37,514 nt of DNA, taken from the NCBI GenBank assembly GCA_048939245.1, contig JBHLPR010000019.1, positions 1 through 37,514 of the forward strand. Direction: 5' to 3'. This document shows positions 9,291-17,578 of this stretch, piece by piece. The stretch is from Promethearchaeota archaeon (GTDB lineage Archaea; Asgardarchaeota; Hermodarchaeia; Hermodarchaeales; Hermodarchaeaceae). The position numbers and the translations under genes were made by a program. The notes beneath the pieces are model-generated. The model worked only from the letters and a program-made list of their open reading frames with translations, was not told where the DNA came from and searched no databases. The first letter of the stretch is position 1. Every line of letters starts with the position of its first letter.

Positions 9291-10088
9291 ATGGCAAAAT
9301 TATGGCGTCTAATACGAACTGGAATCTTCAATGCCTTTGAAAATATGGCAATTGATCATGTCTTACTTGAGGCCTGTCATAAAGAAACAGCTGCAAATAC
9401 AATTCGTTTCTACCGCTGGAGCCCCTCAGCAGTATCAATTGGACGATTTCAACACCTTGATGACGAAGTAGATTCCGAAGCCTGTCGTAAACTCAATGTC
9501 GACATCGTACGTCGACTATCCAGCGGTGGAGCCGTTTACCATGATTTTGATGGGGAACTCACCTATAGCATCATCTGTCGCACAGATGATACGCAACTCC
9601 CATCAGGTGTAATTGAAACATACCAATACCTATGTAATGGGTTATTAGTAGGTCTAAATCGCCTTGGTGTTAGCGCAAAATTTGCACCAGGAACTGAAAG
9701 CTTCTGTCCTAACCTATATGTGAAAAAAAGGAAGATTTCAGGAAATGCTCAATCTCGACGGGGCAATACCTTACTCCAACATGGAACCATCCTACGGAAC
9801 CTTGATCTTAACAAGATGTTTACGTTTTTAAAAATCAACAAACAGAAACCGGATTTAAATGCAATTAAAAAAGCAGCAAATAGACTTACTTCGCTACAGC
9901 AAGAACTCGGAAAACCACCATCCTTCGGACAAATTGAAGAGGCTCTTATTGAAGGTCTTTCTAGCACCTTACCTGCACGGTTTTATGAAGAAGGCTTAAC
10001 TGACGCTGAACTTCAGTCGGCTCGAAAAATCGCTGACTCTTGGTATTCAAAATCTGATTGGACGTTACAACGGGGTTTAAAGACATGA
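9291..10088 (+). CDS. lplA: Lipoate/octanoate-protein ligase (catalytic domain only)
   Basis: NMAID, SIGRFQ, VRRLSSGGAVYHD, KISGNAQ, LQHGT. Confidence 0.9.
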   Translation: MAKLWRLIRTGIFNAFENMAIDHVLLEACHKETAANTIRFYRWSPSAVSIGRFQHLDDEVDSEACRKLNVDIVRRLSSGGAVYHDFDGELTYSIICRTDDTQLPSGVIETYQYLCNGLLVGLNRLGVSAKFAPGTESFCPNLYVKKRKISGNAQSRRGNTLLQHGTILRNLDLNKMFTFLKINKQKPDLNAIKKAANRLTSLQQELGKPPSFGQIEEALIEGLSSTLPARFYEEGLTDAELQSARKIADSWYSKSDWTLQRGLKT

Positions 10089-11044
10089 CCTCAACAGGCA
10101 AGGGAACAAAAACCTTGCAAGAATGGTTTACTTCGCCTTATACTGATCTAAAGGAATTATACAACCAAGCATGGGCTTTAACGCAAAAAACTTTCAAACA
10201 AAAAATCACAGTATTTCGACCTGGAACTGCTTTTCCCTCAGTCTCTGTTACTGGAACCCGCTGTAGACTACAATGTCAACATTGTGTTGGTCATTTTCTT
10301 CATCACATGCACACTATCAATACCCCGCAGGAGCTAATCACTTTCTGCAACAACCTCGCCAATAAACAAGGTGTTGGCTGTTTAATCAGCGGTGGTTGTG
10401 ATGAAAACGGCACAATTCCTCTAACCCCCTTTTTATCCGCATTCTCTGAAATCAAACAATCGACGAATCTTTTTTTGAACGTGCACACAGGATTTCTCTC
10501 AGCTGAACAAGCTCGTGGGCTTTCTCAAACTGGCATTGACTGCGCTTCTGTCGATGTAGTTGGTGACGACCAAACAATCCACACAGTCTATGGTTTAACA
10601 CAACGTACGACAACTGACTATGTTGAAACATTAAAAGCGCTTGAAAAATTCCATATTCCAATAGCGCCACACATTTGTGTGGGTCTCCAAAACGGAGCAT
10701 TGGTAGGTGAACTCAACGCGCTCGAACTCATAAAATCAACCATTGAACCCAAATTGATTGTCATCATCGCTTTAATGCCAACAGAAGGAACACCAATGGC
10801 TGCTAGTGATCCCCCACAACCCCCTGATGTCGCCCGAATTTGTGCTATCGCTCGTTTACTTTTTCCAAATACTGAAATTGCACTTGGCTGTATGCGACCC
10901 CGTGGCGCTATTCGACGTCAAATGGAACAACTAGCAATCCAAGCAGGAATCACACGTCTTGTCCAACCGACGAATGCTACGCTCCAAAACCTTGAGAAGA
11001 GTGGCTACACAATCAACTGGCAAAATGCTTGTTGTGTAATGTAA
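10085..11044 (+). CDS. lipS1: Radical SAM lipoyl synthase component LipS1
   Basis: SVTGTRCRLQCQHC, LISGG, GCMR and C-terminal CC motifs; ATG overlaps the ligase TGA. Confidence 0.85.
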   Translation: MTSTGKGTKTLQEWFTSPYTDLKELYNQAWALTQKTFKQKITVFRPGTAFPSVSVTGTRCRLQCQHCVGHFLHHMHTINTPQELITFCNNLANKQGVGCLISGGCDENGTIPLTPFLSAFSEIKQSTNLFLNVHTGFLSAEQARGLSQTGIDCASVDVVGDDQTIHTVYGLTQRTTTDYVETLKALEKFHIPIAPHICVGLQNGALVGELNALELIKSTIEPKLIVIIALMPTEGTPMAASDPPQPPDVARICAIARLLFPNTEIALGCMRPRGAIRRQMEQLAIQAGITRLVQPTNATLQNLEKSGYTINWQNACCVM

Positions 11045-11066
11045 AACTCTCAGTGTAAAAAGAATG

Positions 11067-11690
11067 TTAAGCAGATATTTTCTCTCGAGATATATTTACA
11101 CCTTCAGAATCGATAATTGCCATCTGAATGGCGCCCCCTGAGGCAATATCACGCTTTCGCGCAGCATTGACAGCTCGGGTGACGAGGTTTTTTCCTTCCT
11201 CAATGGTCATGTTTTCACGATATTCATCTTCCAAGACACCGTAGGCCACAACAGATCCACTCCCTGTGGCTGTAAATTCCTCTTCCTCCAGCATGCTTCC
11301 CAACGGATCAAGCATATAGATATGGCCTCCCTCTTTGTCTACTCCACCAACGATGAGCATCGTAATAAGAGGAAACATACGGTTACGAAACAGAACCGTT
11401 GATGTTAATCGTGAAATCGCTTTTACAGTCAACTCACGACCTTTCTCTAAGGCTTCTAATTGGGCTATGGCGCGAATATTATTTGTGAGTTGTTGTGCGT
11501 CTGCAACGGATCCCGAAATTGTCATTGCTGTATGGTCTGTGATTTGAAGGATTTTCGGAGCCGTATCGCTCGCAACCAGGTAACCCATTGATGCCTGTGA
11601 TTCGGTACCAAGAATCACGCCGCCATTTACTTTCACAGCAACAGTAGTTGTGTGAGACATTAATCGGTGGTTATCATTTTGTCCCATCAT
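11067..11690 (-). CDS. psmB: Proteasome beta subunit
   Basis: TTTV N-terminal nucleophile, E17, K33, GSVADAQ, ATGSGS, RDIASGG. Confidence 0.93.
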   Translation of the reverse strand: MMGQNDNHRLMSHTTTVAVKVNGGVILGTESQASMGYLVASDTAPKILQITDHTAMTISGSVADAQQLTNNIRAIAQLEALEKGRELTVKAISRLTSTVLFRNRMFPLITMLIVGGVDKEGGHIYMLDPLGSMLEEEEFTATGSGSVVAYGVLEDEYRENMTIEEGKNLVTRAVNAARKRDIASGGAIQMAIIDSEGVNISREKISA

Positions 11691-11871
11691 GGCTTGTTAA
11701 CCTCTACCTCAGTGATTAATTGCCCACGAATATATCCACCAATTTAAGTTTTCTTCTCTTTTCGTTTTCGCCACCAACTAATCAAAAACACCAAATCATT
11801 AATGATGGGTCAAAAGATTTTTAGCTGGGACTCTTCTCGTCTCCTTCACTCAGCTTCAAGGTGATTTAATC

Positions 11872-12570
11872 TTGGCATTCCGACCAGAAATCCATGCTCC
11901 CCAAAGCGGTGAATCTCGTAAGGGTCGGGGGTTCAGCCTCAAAGAACTCAAAGATGCAGGTATCGGTCTAGCCGATGCCCGTTGGATGGCAATCCCAATT
12001 GACTCTAGGCGAAAAACCAATCATTCCGAAAATGTCCAATTGCTCAAAGAATACATGAAACGAATTAAGAAACTTGATAAAAGCGTCAAGAAACCTGCAC
12101 CGAAGCCCAAGGCTAAGAAAGCAACACCAACCAAAGCCGCGCCTAAACCTGAGCCCATAGAAACCGACTTAGCAGATCTTAGTGGAGTAACAAAGAAATT
12201 AGCTGAAACTCTGGTGGACGCAGGTGTTAGAAACATTCATGATTTAGCAACAATTTCTCCTCGTCGCTTGGCTCGAATGACTAAATTGAAGCGGAACCGG
12301 GCTGAAAAAATAGTAGATACTGCAAAACGTTATGAGCGGGAAAAGGCGAAGGCAGCCCGTGAAGAAAAAGCAAAGGAACCAAAAATCAAGGAACTGAAAG
12401 ACCTTCCCGAAATCACCCGTTCAGATGTCAAGCAGCTGAAAGAACTCGGTGTCGAATCCCTTAATGATCTTAAAACAGAAAATCCGCGCGACCTTGCTCT
12501 GCTGACTGGAATCTCTGAGGCGCGAATCAAAGATTGGCGAAAAATCATCCGGGACCTAACTAAGAAATAA
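11872..12570 (+). CDS. rpl13e: Ribosomal protein L13e fused to two helix-hairpin-helix-like domains
   Basis: RKGRGFSLKELKDAGI...IPID.RRK...ENV..LK (L13e), then a K/P/A linker and two repeats (LADLSGVTKKLAETLVDAGVRNIHDL; LKDLPEITRSDVKQLKELGVESLNDL). Confidence 0.88.
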   Translation: MAFRPEIHAPQSGESRKGRGFSLKELKDAGIGLADARWMAIPIDSRRKTNHSENVQLLKEYMKRIKKLDKSVKKPAPKPKAKKATPTKAAPKPEPIETDLADLSGVTKKLAETLVDAGVRNIHDLATISPRRLARMTKLKRNRAEKIVDTAKRYEREKAKAAREEKAKEPKIKELKDLPEITRSDVKQLKELGVESLNDLKTENPRDLALLTGISEARIKDWRKIIRDLTKK

Positions 12571-12603
12571 TCAAATCACGGGTTCTGGGTCAAATTTGTT
12601 AGG

Positions 12604-13590
12604 CTATTGCAAATAAGGCTCCCATGGAAACGCTTGTTCTGTAGAATACCAACCAAATTCTCGGTAGAGAATGGCAATTGCCCCTTGAGGTGGTATCAGC
12701 CCCTGTTCTGTAATAATCGCATCAATATATTCAGGCGGTGTAACATCAAAAGCTGGGTTACGAACACTGACCTTTTTCCAGTTTGAAAGTTTTTCCAGTG
12801 AAATTACCTCTGAAGCGTCCCGCTCTTCGATTTCGATTAGCTCTCCAGCCATTGTAGCTGGACTAAATTTGTAGCTTTCAGCGGCAACAAAAAAGTCAAC
12901 TCGCGCCTCGTTAGCTGCTAACGCGACCAAACTGGTCCCAATCTTGTTTACCACTGCACCATTCGCTGTAACCGAATCGGCACCTACAAACACCTTATCA
13001 GACCGAGCAATGAGAAACCGAATAGAATTATCCGTAATCAATGAGCAAGGTATACCTGCTTCATCCAACCATGTTGCTGTAATATGTCCTTGATATTTTG
13101 GTCTGGTTTCAGGAACATAAACGGTGAATTCTGTCCCCATTTGATACGCAGTCTTAAGCACCCCAAAAGCTGTGGCACTATTACAATATGTAAATATTAT
13201 ATCTCCATCTTGAATCAGTCTGGAGCCAATCTGACCAATTGTTTTAACGGCATTATTTGACATTTCAATAAATTTCTCTCCTATCTTTTGACCAGCTTCT
13301 TTGAGTTCGGGAATACTTTCAGTTTGTTCGATTTTTTTGAGTAATCGCGTATAGTAATAGCGCAAGGCATTGGGCAATGATACGGCCGAGGGACGGGTTT
13401 CGTATAATACCTGGGCAGCTACAGCTACGTCTCGAAGAAGCCTAGGAACTCGTTTAGCATTTGACTCCTGTGTAGCGATAACTAGTCCTTTTGCCGCTGC
13501 ACGAGCAATACGTCCAGCACCGCGTGTACGCATCGATTGAATGGCTTCAGCAATTTGCTGTGTTTCCGAGGGAATTTGGCTCATCTTCAT
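12604..13590 (-). CDS. Ribose-1,5-bisphosphate isomerase (eIF2B alpha/beta/delta family)
   Basis: MRTRGAGRIA, TRPSAVSLPNA, TYCNS, ETRP..QG, VGADS...NKIGT, NPAFDVTP. Confidence 0.9.
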   Translation of the reverse strand: MKMSQIPSETQQIAEAIQSMRTRGAGRIARAAAKGLVIATQESNAKRVPRLLRDVAVAAQVLYETRPSAVSLPNALRYYYTRLLKKIEQTESIPELKEAGQKIGEKFIEMSNNAVKTIGQIGSRLIQDGDIIFTYCNSATAFGVLKTAYQMGTEFTVYVPETRPKYQGHITATWLDEAGIPCSLITDNSIRFLIARSDKVFVGADSVTANGAVVNKIGTSLVALAANEARVDFFVAAESYKFSPATMAGELIEIEERDASEVISLEKLSNWKKVSVRNPAFDVTPPEYIDAIITEQGLIPPQGAIAILYREFGWYSTEQAFPWEPYLQ

Positions 13591-13648
13591 TCGCCGAGCA
13601 ATTTAATACGGCATCAGGGTATTAATGCTGTCATGGAGGCGTAATTCG

Positions 13649-14572
13649 TTGAATGTTGATTGGCTCATTAAGAAACTCAAAAGCTATGATATTGCCAGTG
13701 CTGATGGAACCGCCATTGCTGCGGCTTCAGCGCTGAAAGACTTGGCTTTGAAAACAGAAGCAAAATCAACAAAGGATCTTTTTGACCAATTGAAAAAAGC
13801 GGCATATGGCTTACGGGCCGCGCGCCAGAGTTCAGCTGCCCTACATAACTGCCTTGATTGGATCGAGGATGCTGGGCTGAAAGCTTTTCATGAAAAGGTT
13901 TCATTGAAAAAAATGCGTGCAATCGTTGGTAAAGCCTGTGATGAATTCGTCAAACGAATCGCTGAAGCAAAACAAAAAATCGGTGAAATCGGTTCAAAAC
14001 GCATACGATCCGGTGATCGTATCTTAACGCTCTGCCGGAGTACGACAGTGCTAGCTATTCTACAAAAGGTCGTAGAGCAAGGTAAAAAAATTGAAGTCTT
14101 TGTTGCCGAAAGTCGACCCGACCTCGAAGGTCGTCTTTTGGCAAATCAGGTTGCCGAATTAGGAATTCCAGTAACACTCATCACCGATTTTGCTGCACGA
14201 ATATTCCTACCAGACACTGATATACTCTTAGCTGGAGGCGAAGCGATTGCGGCTAATGGTGCTATCGTCTCCAAAGTAGGAACTGCCACGCTCGCTGAAT
14301 TATGTCATGATGCACGGGTTCGCGTCCTCATCGCGGTAGGTAGTTACAAATTTTCCCATGAAACGATATTAGGGCGTCTTATAACACTCGAAGAGGGGAA
14401 TCCTGGGCAGGTCGTCCCCGCTGACGAAATTAATCCACAAATCACAATTAGAAATCCATTATTCGATGTAACCGGACACGAACACATCGATGCCTTCATC
14501 ACAGAACAAGGCATCATTCCACCTCAAGGGGCGTATCTCATTTTCACAACTAACAATCAAAACAAAGAGTAG
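13649..14572 (+). CDS. Divergent eIF2B/R15P-isomerase-family paralog
   Basis: TLCRS, ESRP..EG, GGEA...SKVGT, NPLFDVT; GGAGG SD before TTG at 13649; the N-terminal RGA motif is absent. Confidence 0.85.
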   Translation: MNVDWLIKKLKSYDIASADGTAIAAASALKDLALKTEAKSTKDLFDQLKKAAYGLRAARQSSAALHNCLDWIEDAGLKAFHEKVSLKKMRAIVGKACDEFVKRIAEAKQKIGEIGSKRIRSGDRILTLCRSTTVLAILQKVVEQGKKIEVFVAESRPDLEGRLLANQVAELGIPVTLITDFAARIFLPDTDILLAGGEAIAANGAIVSKVGTATLAELCHDARVRVLIAVGSYKFSHETILGRLITLEEGNPGQVVPADEINPQITIRNPLFDVTGHEHIDAFITEQGIIPPQGAYLIFTTNNQNKE

Positions 14573-14622
14573 AAAGGCTCAAAAGCCTAACTTACCGTGT
14601 TCTCCTTAATACTTCCGAGGAA

Positions 14623-14856
14623 ATGGATAAAATGCCTCCTACATCGTCCAGTTCAAGTAAAAAGCGAGCCAAGAAATTAGCTGAGGTTGATGGGGAACTC
14701 TGTGGCGTCTGCCAAGCATGCGCTACTGTCTGTCCCGTGAATGCAATTGAGGTAACAGAAAATTTCATCCTCATTATTCCTCAAAAATGCACAGGCTGTG
14801 GAATCTGCGTGAAGGTGTGTCCTGTAGGGGCAATCAATCTAATCGAACGTTCATGA
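14623..14856 (+). CDS. 2x[4Fe-4S] ferredoxin
   Basis: CGVCQACATVCP and CTGCGICVKVCP. Confidence 0.92.
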   Translation: MDKMPPTSSSSSKKRAKKLAEVDGELCGVCQACATVCPVNAIEVTENFILIIPQKCTGCGICVKVCPVGAINLIERS

Positions 14857-14878
14857 TAAATTACTATTCGAGGAGTAA

Positions 14879-16096
14879 ATGAAATTGGACAAACATGTTA
14901 TTGTGGTTGGTGCAGGACCTGCCGGCTCATCAACGGCCATTGGTGCACTTAGAGCAGGGGCAGAAGTCATTATCATTGATAGAAAGACCAACGTGGGGGT
15001 TCCTGTACAATGCGGAGAAGCTATTGGTAAGACTGGCCCGGGAGTTGCAGAAATCGATATTCCTGAAGAAGCAATTCGTGCACCAGTTCGCGGGTTTCGT
15101 CTTTATAGCCCTGGACAGATATGCGTCGATTACGCTACGGCTGAACCGAGTGGCTTCATTATTGATCGACGTGTATTTGACAAAGAGCTATTTGCGCGCG
15201 CAACAGAAGCTGGTGCAGATAGCCTTCTAGGTGCCCGAGTAATTGATGTAACACGCTCTAACGGGGCTATTGCCGGTGTGGTCGTGCGTCATGATGGTAA
15301 ACGCAAAACTCTGAAAGCCAGAGTAGTGATAGGTGCTGATGGCGTAAATAGTCAGATTGCCCGATTTACAGGGCTACGAAAAGCCTACAAACCTGATGAT
15401 ATTGACTCATGCTTCGCTTACGAAATGGCTAATTGTAACCTCGAAGTCACCGATCTGATGGAATTTCTCCTCGGCAGTGAGGTGTCACCACGAGGATATA
15501 TCTGGATTTTTCCCAAAGGAGAAGGCCGTGCAAACGTAGGAATCGGGATCGGCGGTGGGGTCGAAGCAAAGACTGCCAAGGAATATCTGGACCATTTTCT
15601 CAAACACCATGATGTAGCAAAACAGCAATTACGCAACGCAAAGGTCATCGAAACTCGAGTAGGTGCATTACCCGTATGTGGTCCAAATAAAACCAATGTT
15701 GTTGATGGCGCGCTCCTAGTCGGGGATGCAGCTGGGCAAATTCACCCAATCACTGGTGGGGGAATGGGCTATGCTATAGTCTGCGGAAATATTGCAGGGA
15801 ATGTTGCCGCAGAATGTGCACAAAAAGAAACTGTTAGGGCATCAGACTTGCAGAAATACGAGAAAGAATGGCGAAAGCTCTACGACGATGAATTTGAGCA
15901 ATCTCTGAAACTCCGAGACCTCATCTTACAAACTGAAGATGAAACTCTCGATAAACTCGCAAATATTGTCACAGGCGAATCAATCGTTGCAATGACAGCT
16001 GGTAAAAAAGTCAAAATTTTCATGAAAGCAATGGCGACAAAAGATCGAAAACTCATCGCCTTAATGAAGGAATTAAGAAAACTTCGTATGGTCTAA
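14879..16096 (+). CDS. Digeranylgeranylglycerophospholipid reductase (GGR family)
   Basis: GAGPAG, PVQCGE, DRRVFDKEL, PRGYIWIFPKG, GDAAGQIHPITGGG; ferredoxin gene upstream. Confidence 0.9.
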   Translation: MKLDKHVIVVGAGPAGSSTAIGALRAGAEVIIIDRKTNVGVPVQCGEAIGKTGPGVAEIDIPEEAIRAPVRGFRLYSPGQICVDYATAEPSGFIIDRRVFDKELFARATEAGADSLLGARVIDVTRSNGAIAGVVVRHDGKRKTLKARVVIGADGVNSQIARFTGLRKAYKPDDIDSCFAYEMANCNLEVTDLMEFLLGSEVSPRGYIWIFPKGEGRANVGIGIGGGVEAKTAKEYLDHFLKHHDVAKQQLRNAKVIETRVGALPVCGPNKTNVVDGALLVGDAAGQIHPITGGGMGYAIVCGNIAGNVAAECAQKETVRASDLQKYEKEWRKLYDDEFEQSLKLRDLILQTEDETLDKLANIVTGESIVAMTAGKKVKIFMKAMATKDRKLIALMKELRKLRMV

Positions 16097-16169
16097 TATC
16101 GAATCGAATACTGTAAACAACTTTAAATCATCATTCTCCTTTCATAAGCAAGGAACCGAGGTAAGATCC

Positions 16170-16652
16170 ATGGCATCTTCAAACACTAGTTTAATTGTCG
16201 CGATAATTGTTGGCTTCATTGCCACATTAGGTATTGCTTATGGACTCATCTATGCAACAGCAATAGACCTGTTACCGATTGTTGGACCCGGTCTGGTTCC
16301 AGGCTCACTTGCGTCAACCTTCGATGGGGAAAGTCTAATAATGCAAATTTTCATGATTTACCATGATCTGCTTCTCAATATCCTCGTCGTCTATATTCTG
16401 GCTCCAGCTATCTGGCTAATCGGTGGTCTCATTGCAGGATTAATTAGCCGGGATATGGTAAAGGGTGCTGCAGCAGGATTAATCATGGCAATGATTGCTC
16501 CTTTCCTTTGCTACGGATTAGACTTCCTCCTTGGCGGCGCTAATAGCGCACTCCTTCTAACGTGGGTTCTCAATGGTCTACTAGCGGGACTAATTGCTGC
16601 TGTTGGAGGAGTCATAGGCGGGACTCTCACTTCACAATTTGAGGCACATTAA
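16170..16652 (+). CDS. Gly-rich integral membrane protein
   Basis: About 4 hydrophobic segments with GGLIAG / GGVIGG small-residue motifs; GAGGT SD. Confidence 0.8.
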   Translation: MASSNTSLIVAIIVGFIATLGIAYGLIYATAIDLLPIVGPGLVPGSLASTFDGESLIMQIFMIYHDLLLNILVVYILAPAIWLIGGLIAGLISRDMVKGAAAGLIMAMIAPFLCYGLDFLLGGANSALLLTWVLNGLLAGLIAAVGGVIGGTLTSQFEAH

Positions 16653-16696
16653 AAGCTAAATCATATTAATAAGCTTAAACGCACAGGCTCCTTACT

Positions 16697-17293
16697 ATGC
16701 CTCAAGTTAGGAATTCACGTATTGCTTCACTAGGAATTCCCATAGGCATTGGAATCGCTGTTATCCTATATATAACTCAACCATACTTGATTCAGCCAAT
16801 CGTCTATACTACATACATTACGCTTATCGATCCCCTTCAATTATATGAGCTAGCTTGGATAATGGCTACTATCGATTTACTCCTGAATTTTTCATTCCAA
16901 TTTTCCTTCCTTCTTTGGATTGCAGTTACTATTATTATTGCACTATTTCTCAGGAAACTTCATATTACTCTCTCAACCCTGAGTGCAGCTATTCTTCTTC
17001 CCGCAGGTACATGGCTCCTTTTTACAATCAAATATCTCTACTTACCCGGATTTTCAATCGGTTTTTTGTTATCATTTCTAATTTGGCAGACATTGCTACC
17101 TCTTGGTATTACGCTAGGGTTGGCAACTCTCATCACTCTACCTTTCATCATATATCAACGACAAAAATCATCTCTCATAACCGCTCCTATCTCGGTCAAA
17201 TCTACCTGCACCAAATGTGGCGCTGTTTACCGATCAAAGCCACAGATTTGCATCCAATGCGGTGAAGAAGGCACATTAATCGATAGTCAATAG
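16697..17293 (+). CDS. Membrane protein with C-terminal zinc ribbon
   Basis: Several TM segments followed by CTKCG...CIQCG. Confidence 0.8.
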   Translation: MPQVRNSRIASLGIPIGIGIAVILYITQPYLIQPIVYTTYITLIDPLQLYELAWIMATIDLLLNFSFQFSFLLWIAVTIIIALFLRKLHITLSTLSAAILLPAGTWLLFTIKYLYLPGFSIGFLLSFLIWQTLLPLGITLGLATLITLPFIIYQRQKSSLITAPISVKSTCTKCGAVYRSKPQICIQCGEEGTLIDSQ

Positions 17294-17373
17294 GTGTTTA
17301 ATTGAGGTTTCAACAATTCCTCTTGTGATTACCGCAATTTTTGTATGGTCGTATTGAGAAAATGATAAAGACT

Positions 17374-17381
17374 TATAATTT
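17374..17381 (+). promoter_or_regulatory. Candidate TATA box for the intergenic RNA
   Basis: TTATAATT preceded by purine-rich GATAAAGA and centred about 24 nt upstream of 17401. Confidence 0.5.
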
Positions 17382-17400
17382 CCACTAATACTAATTCATA

Positions 17401-17532
17401 AGCCGGTCAGGGCAGCGACGCAATTTTAAATCAAACGCAACACCCCTCATAGGCAGAATCCTCCCAAGGCCTCAGGCCCGAATCGTCCTCGCCCTCCAAA
17501 AAATCTCCCTCCTCCCTCGACTGCCCTCCGGC
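17401..17532 (+). ncRNA. Unassigned structured non-coding RNA candidate (~132 nt)
   Basis: 5' GCCGG-TC-AGGGCAG-CGA pairs with 3' TCG-A-CTGCCCT-CCGGC (15 bp). GC-rich island in an AT-rich spacer, with a TATA box upstream and TTTTTTCTTT downstream. Confidence 0.55.
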
Positions 17533-17578
17533 ATCATTTTTTCTTTAAAAGTAATTTCACGCTTCTTGTTGAGAATGC

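Noticed and set aside
17401-17532. 5S rRNA, SRP RNA, C/D sRNA or true Y RNA identity for the intergenic element
   Set aside because: No 5S conserved loops; CAGGCCCG is not followed by the SRP GAAGGGAGCA; no RUGAUGA C box; no GGUCCGA/UUGACC Ro-binding helix.
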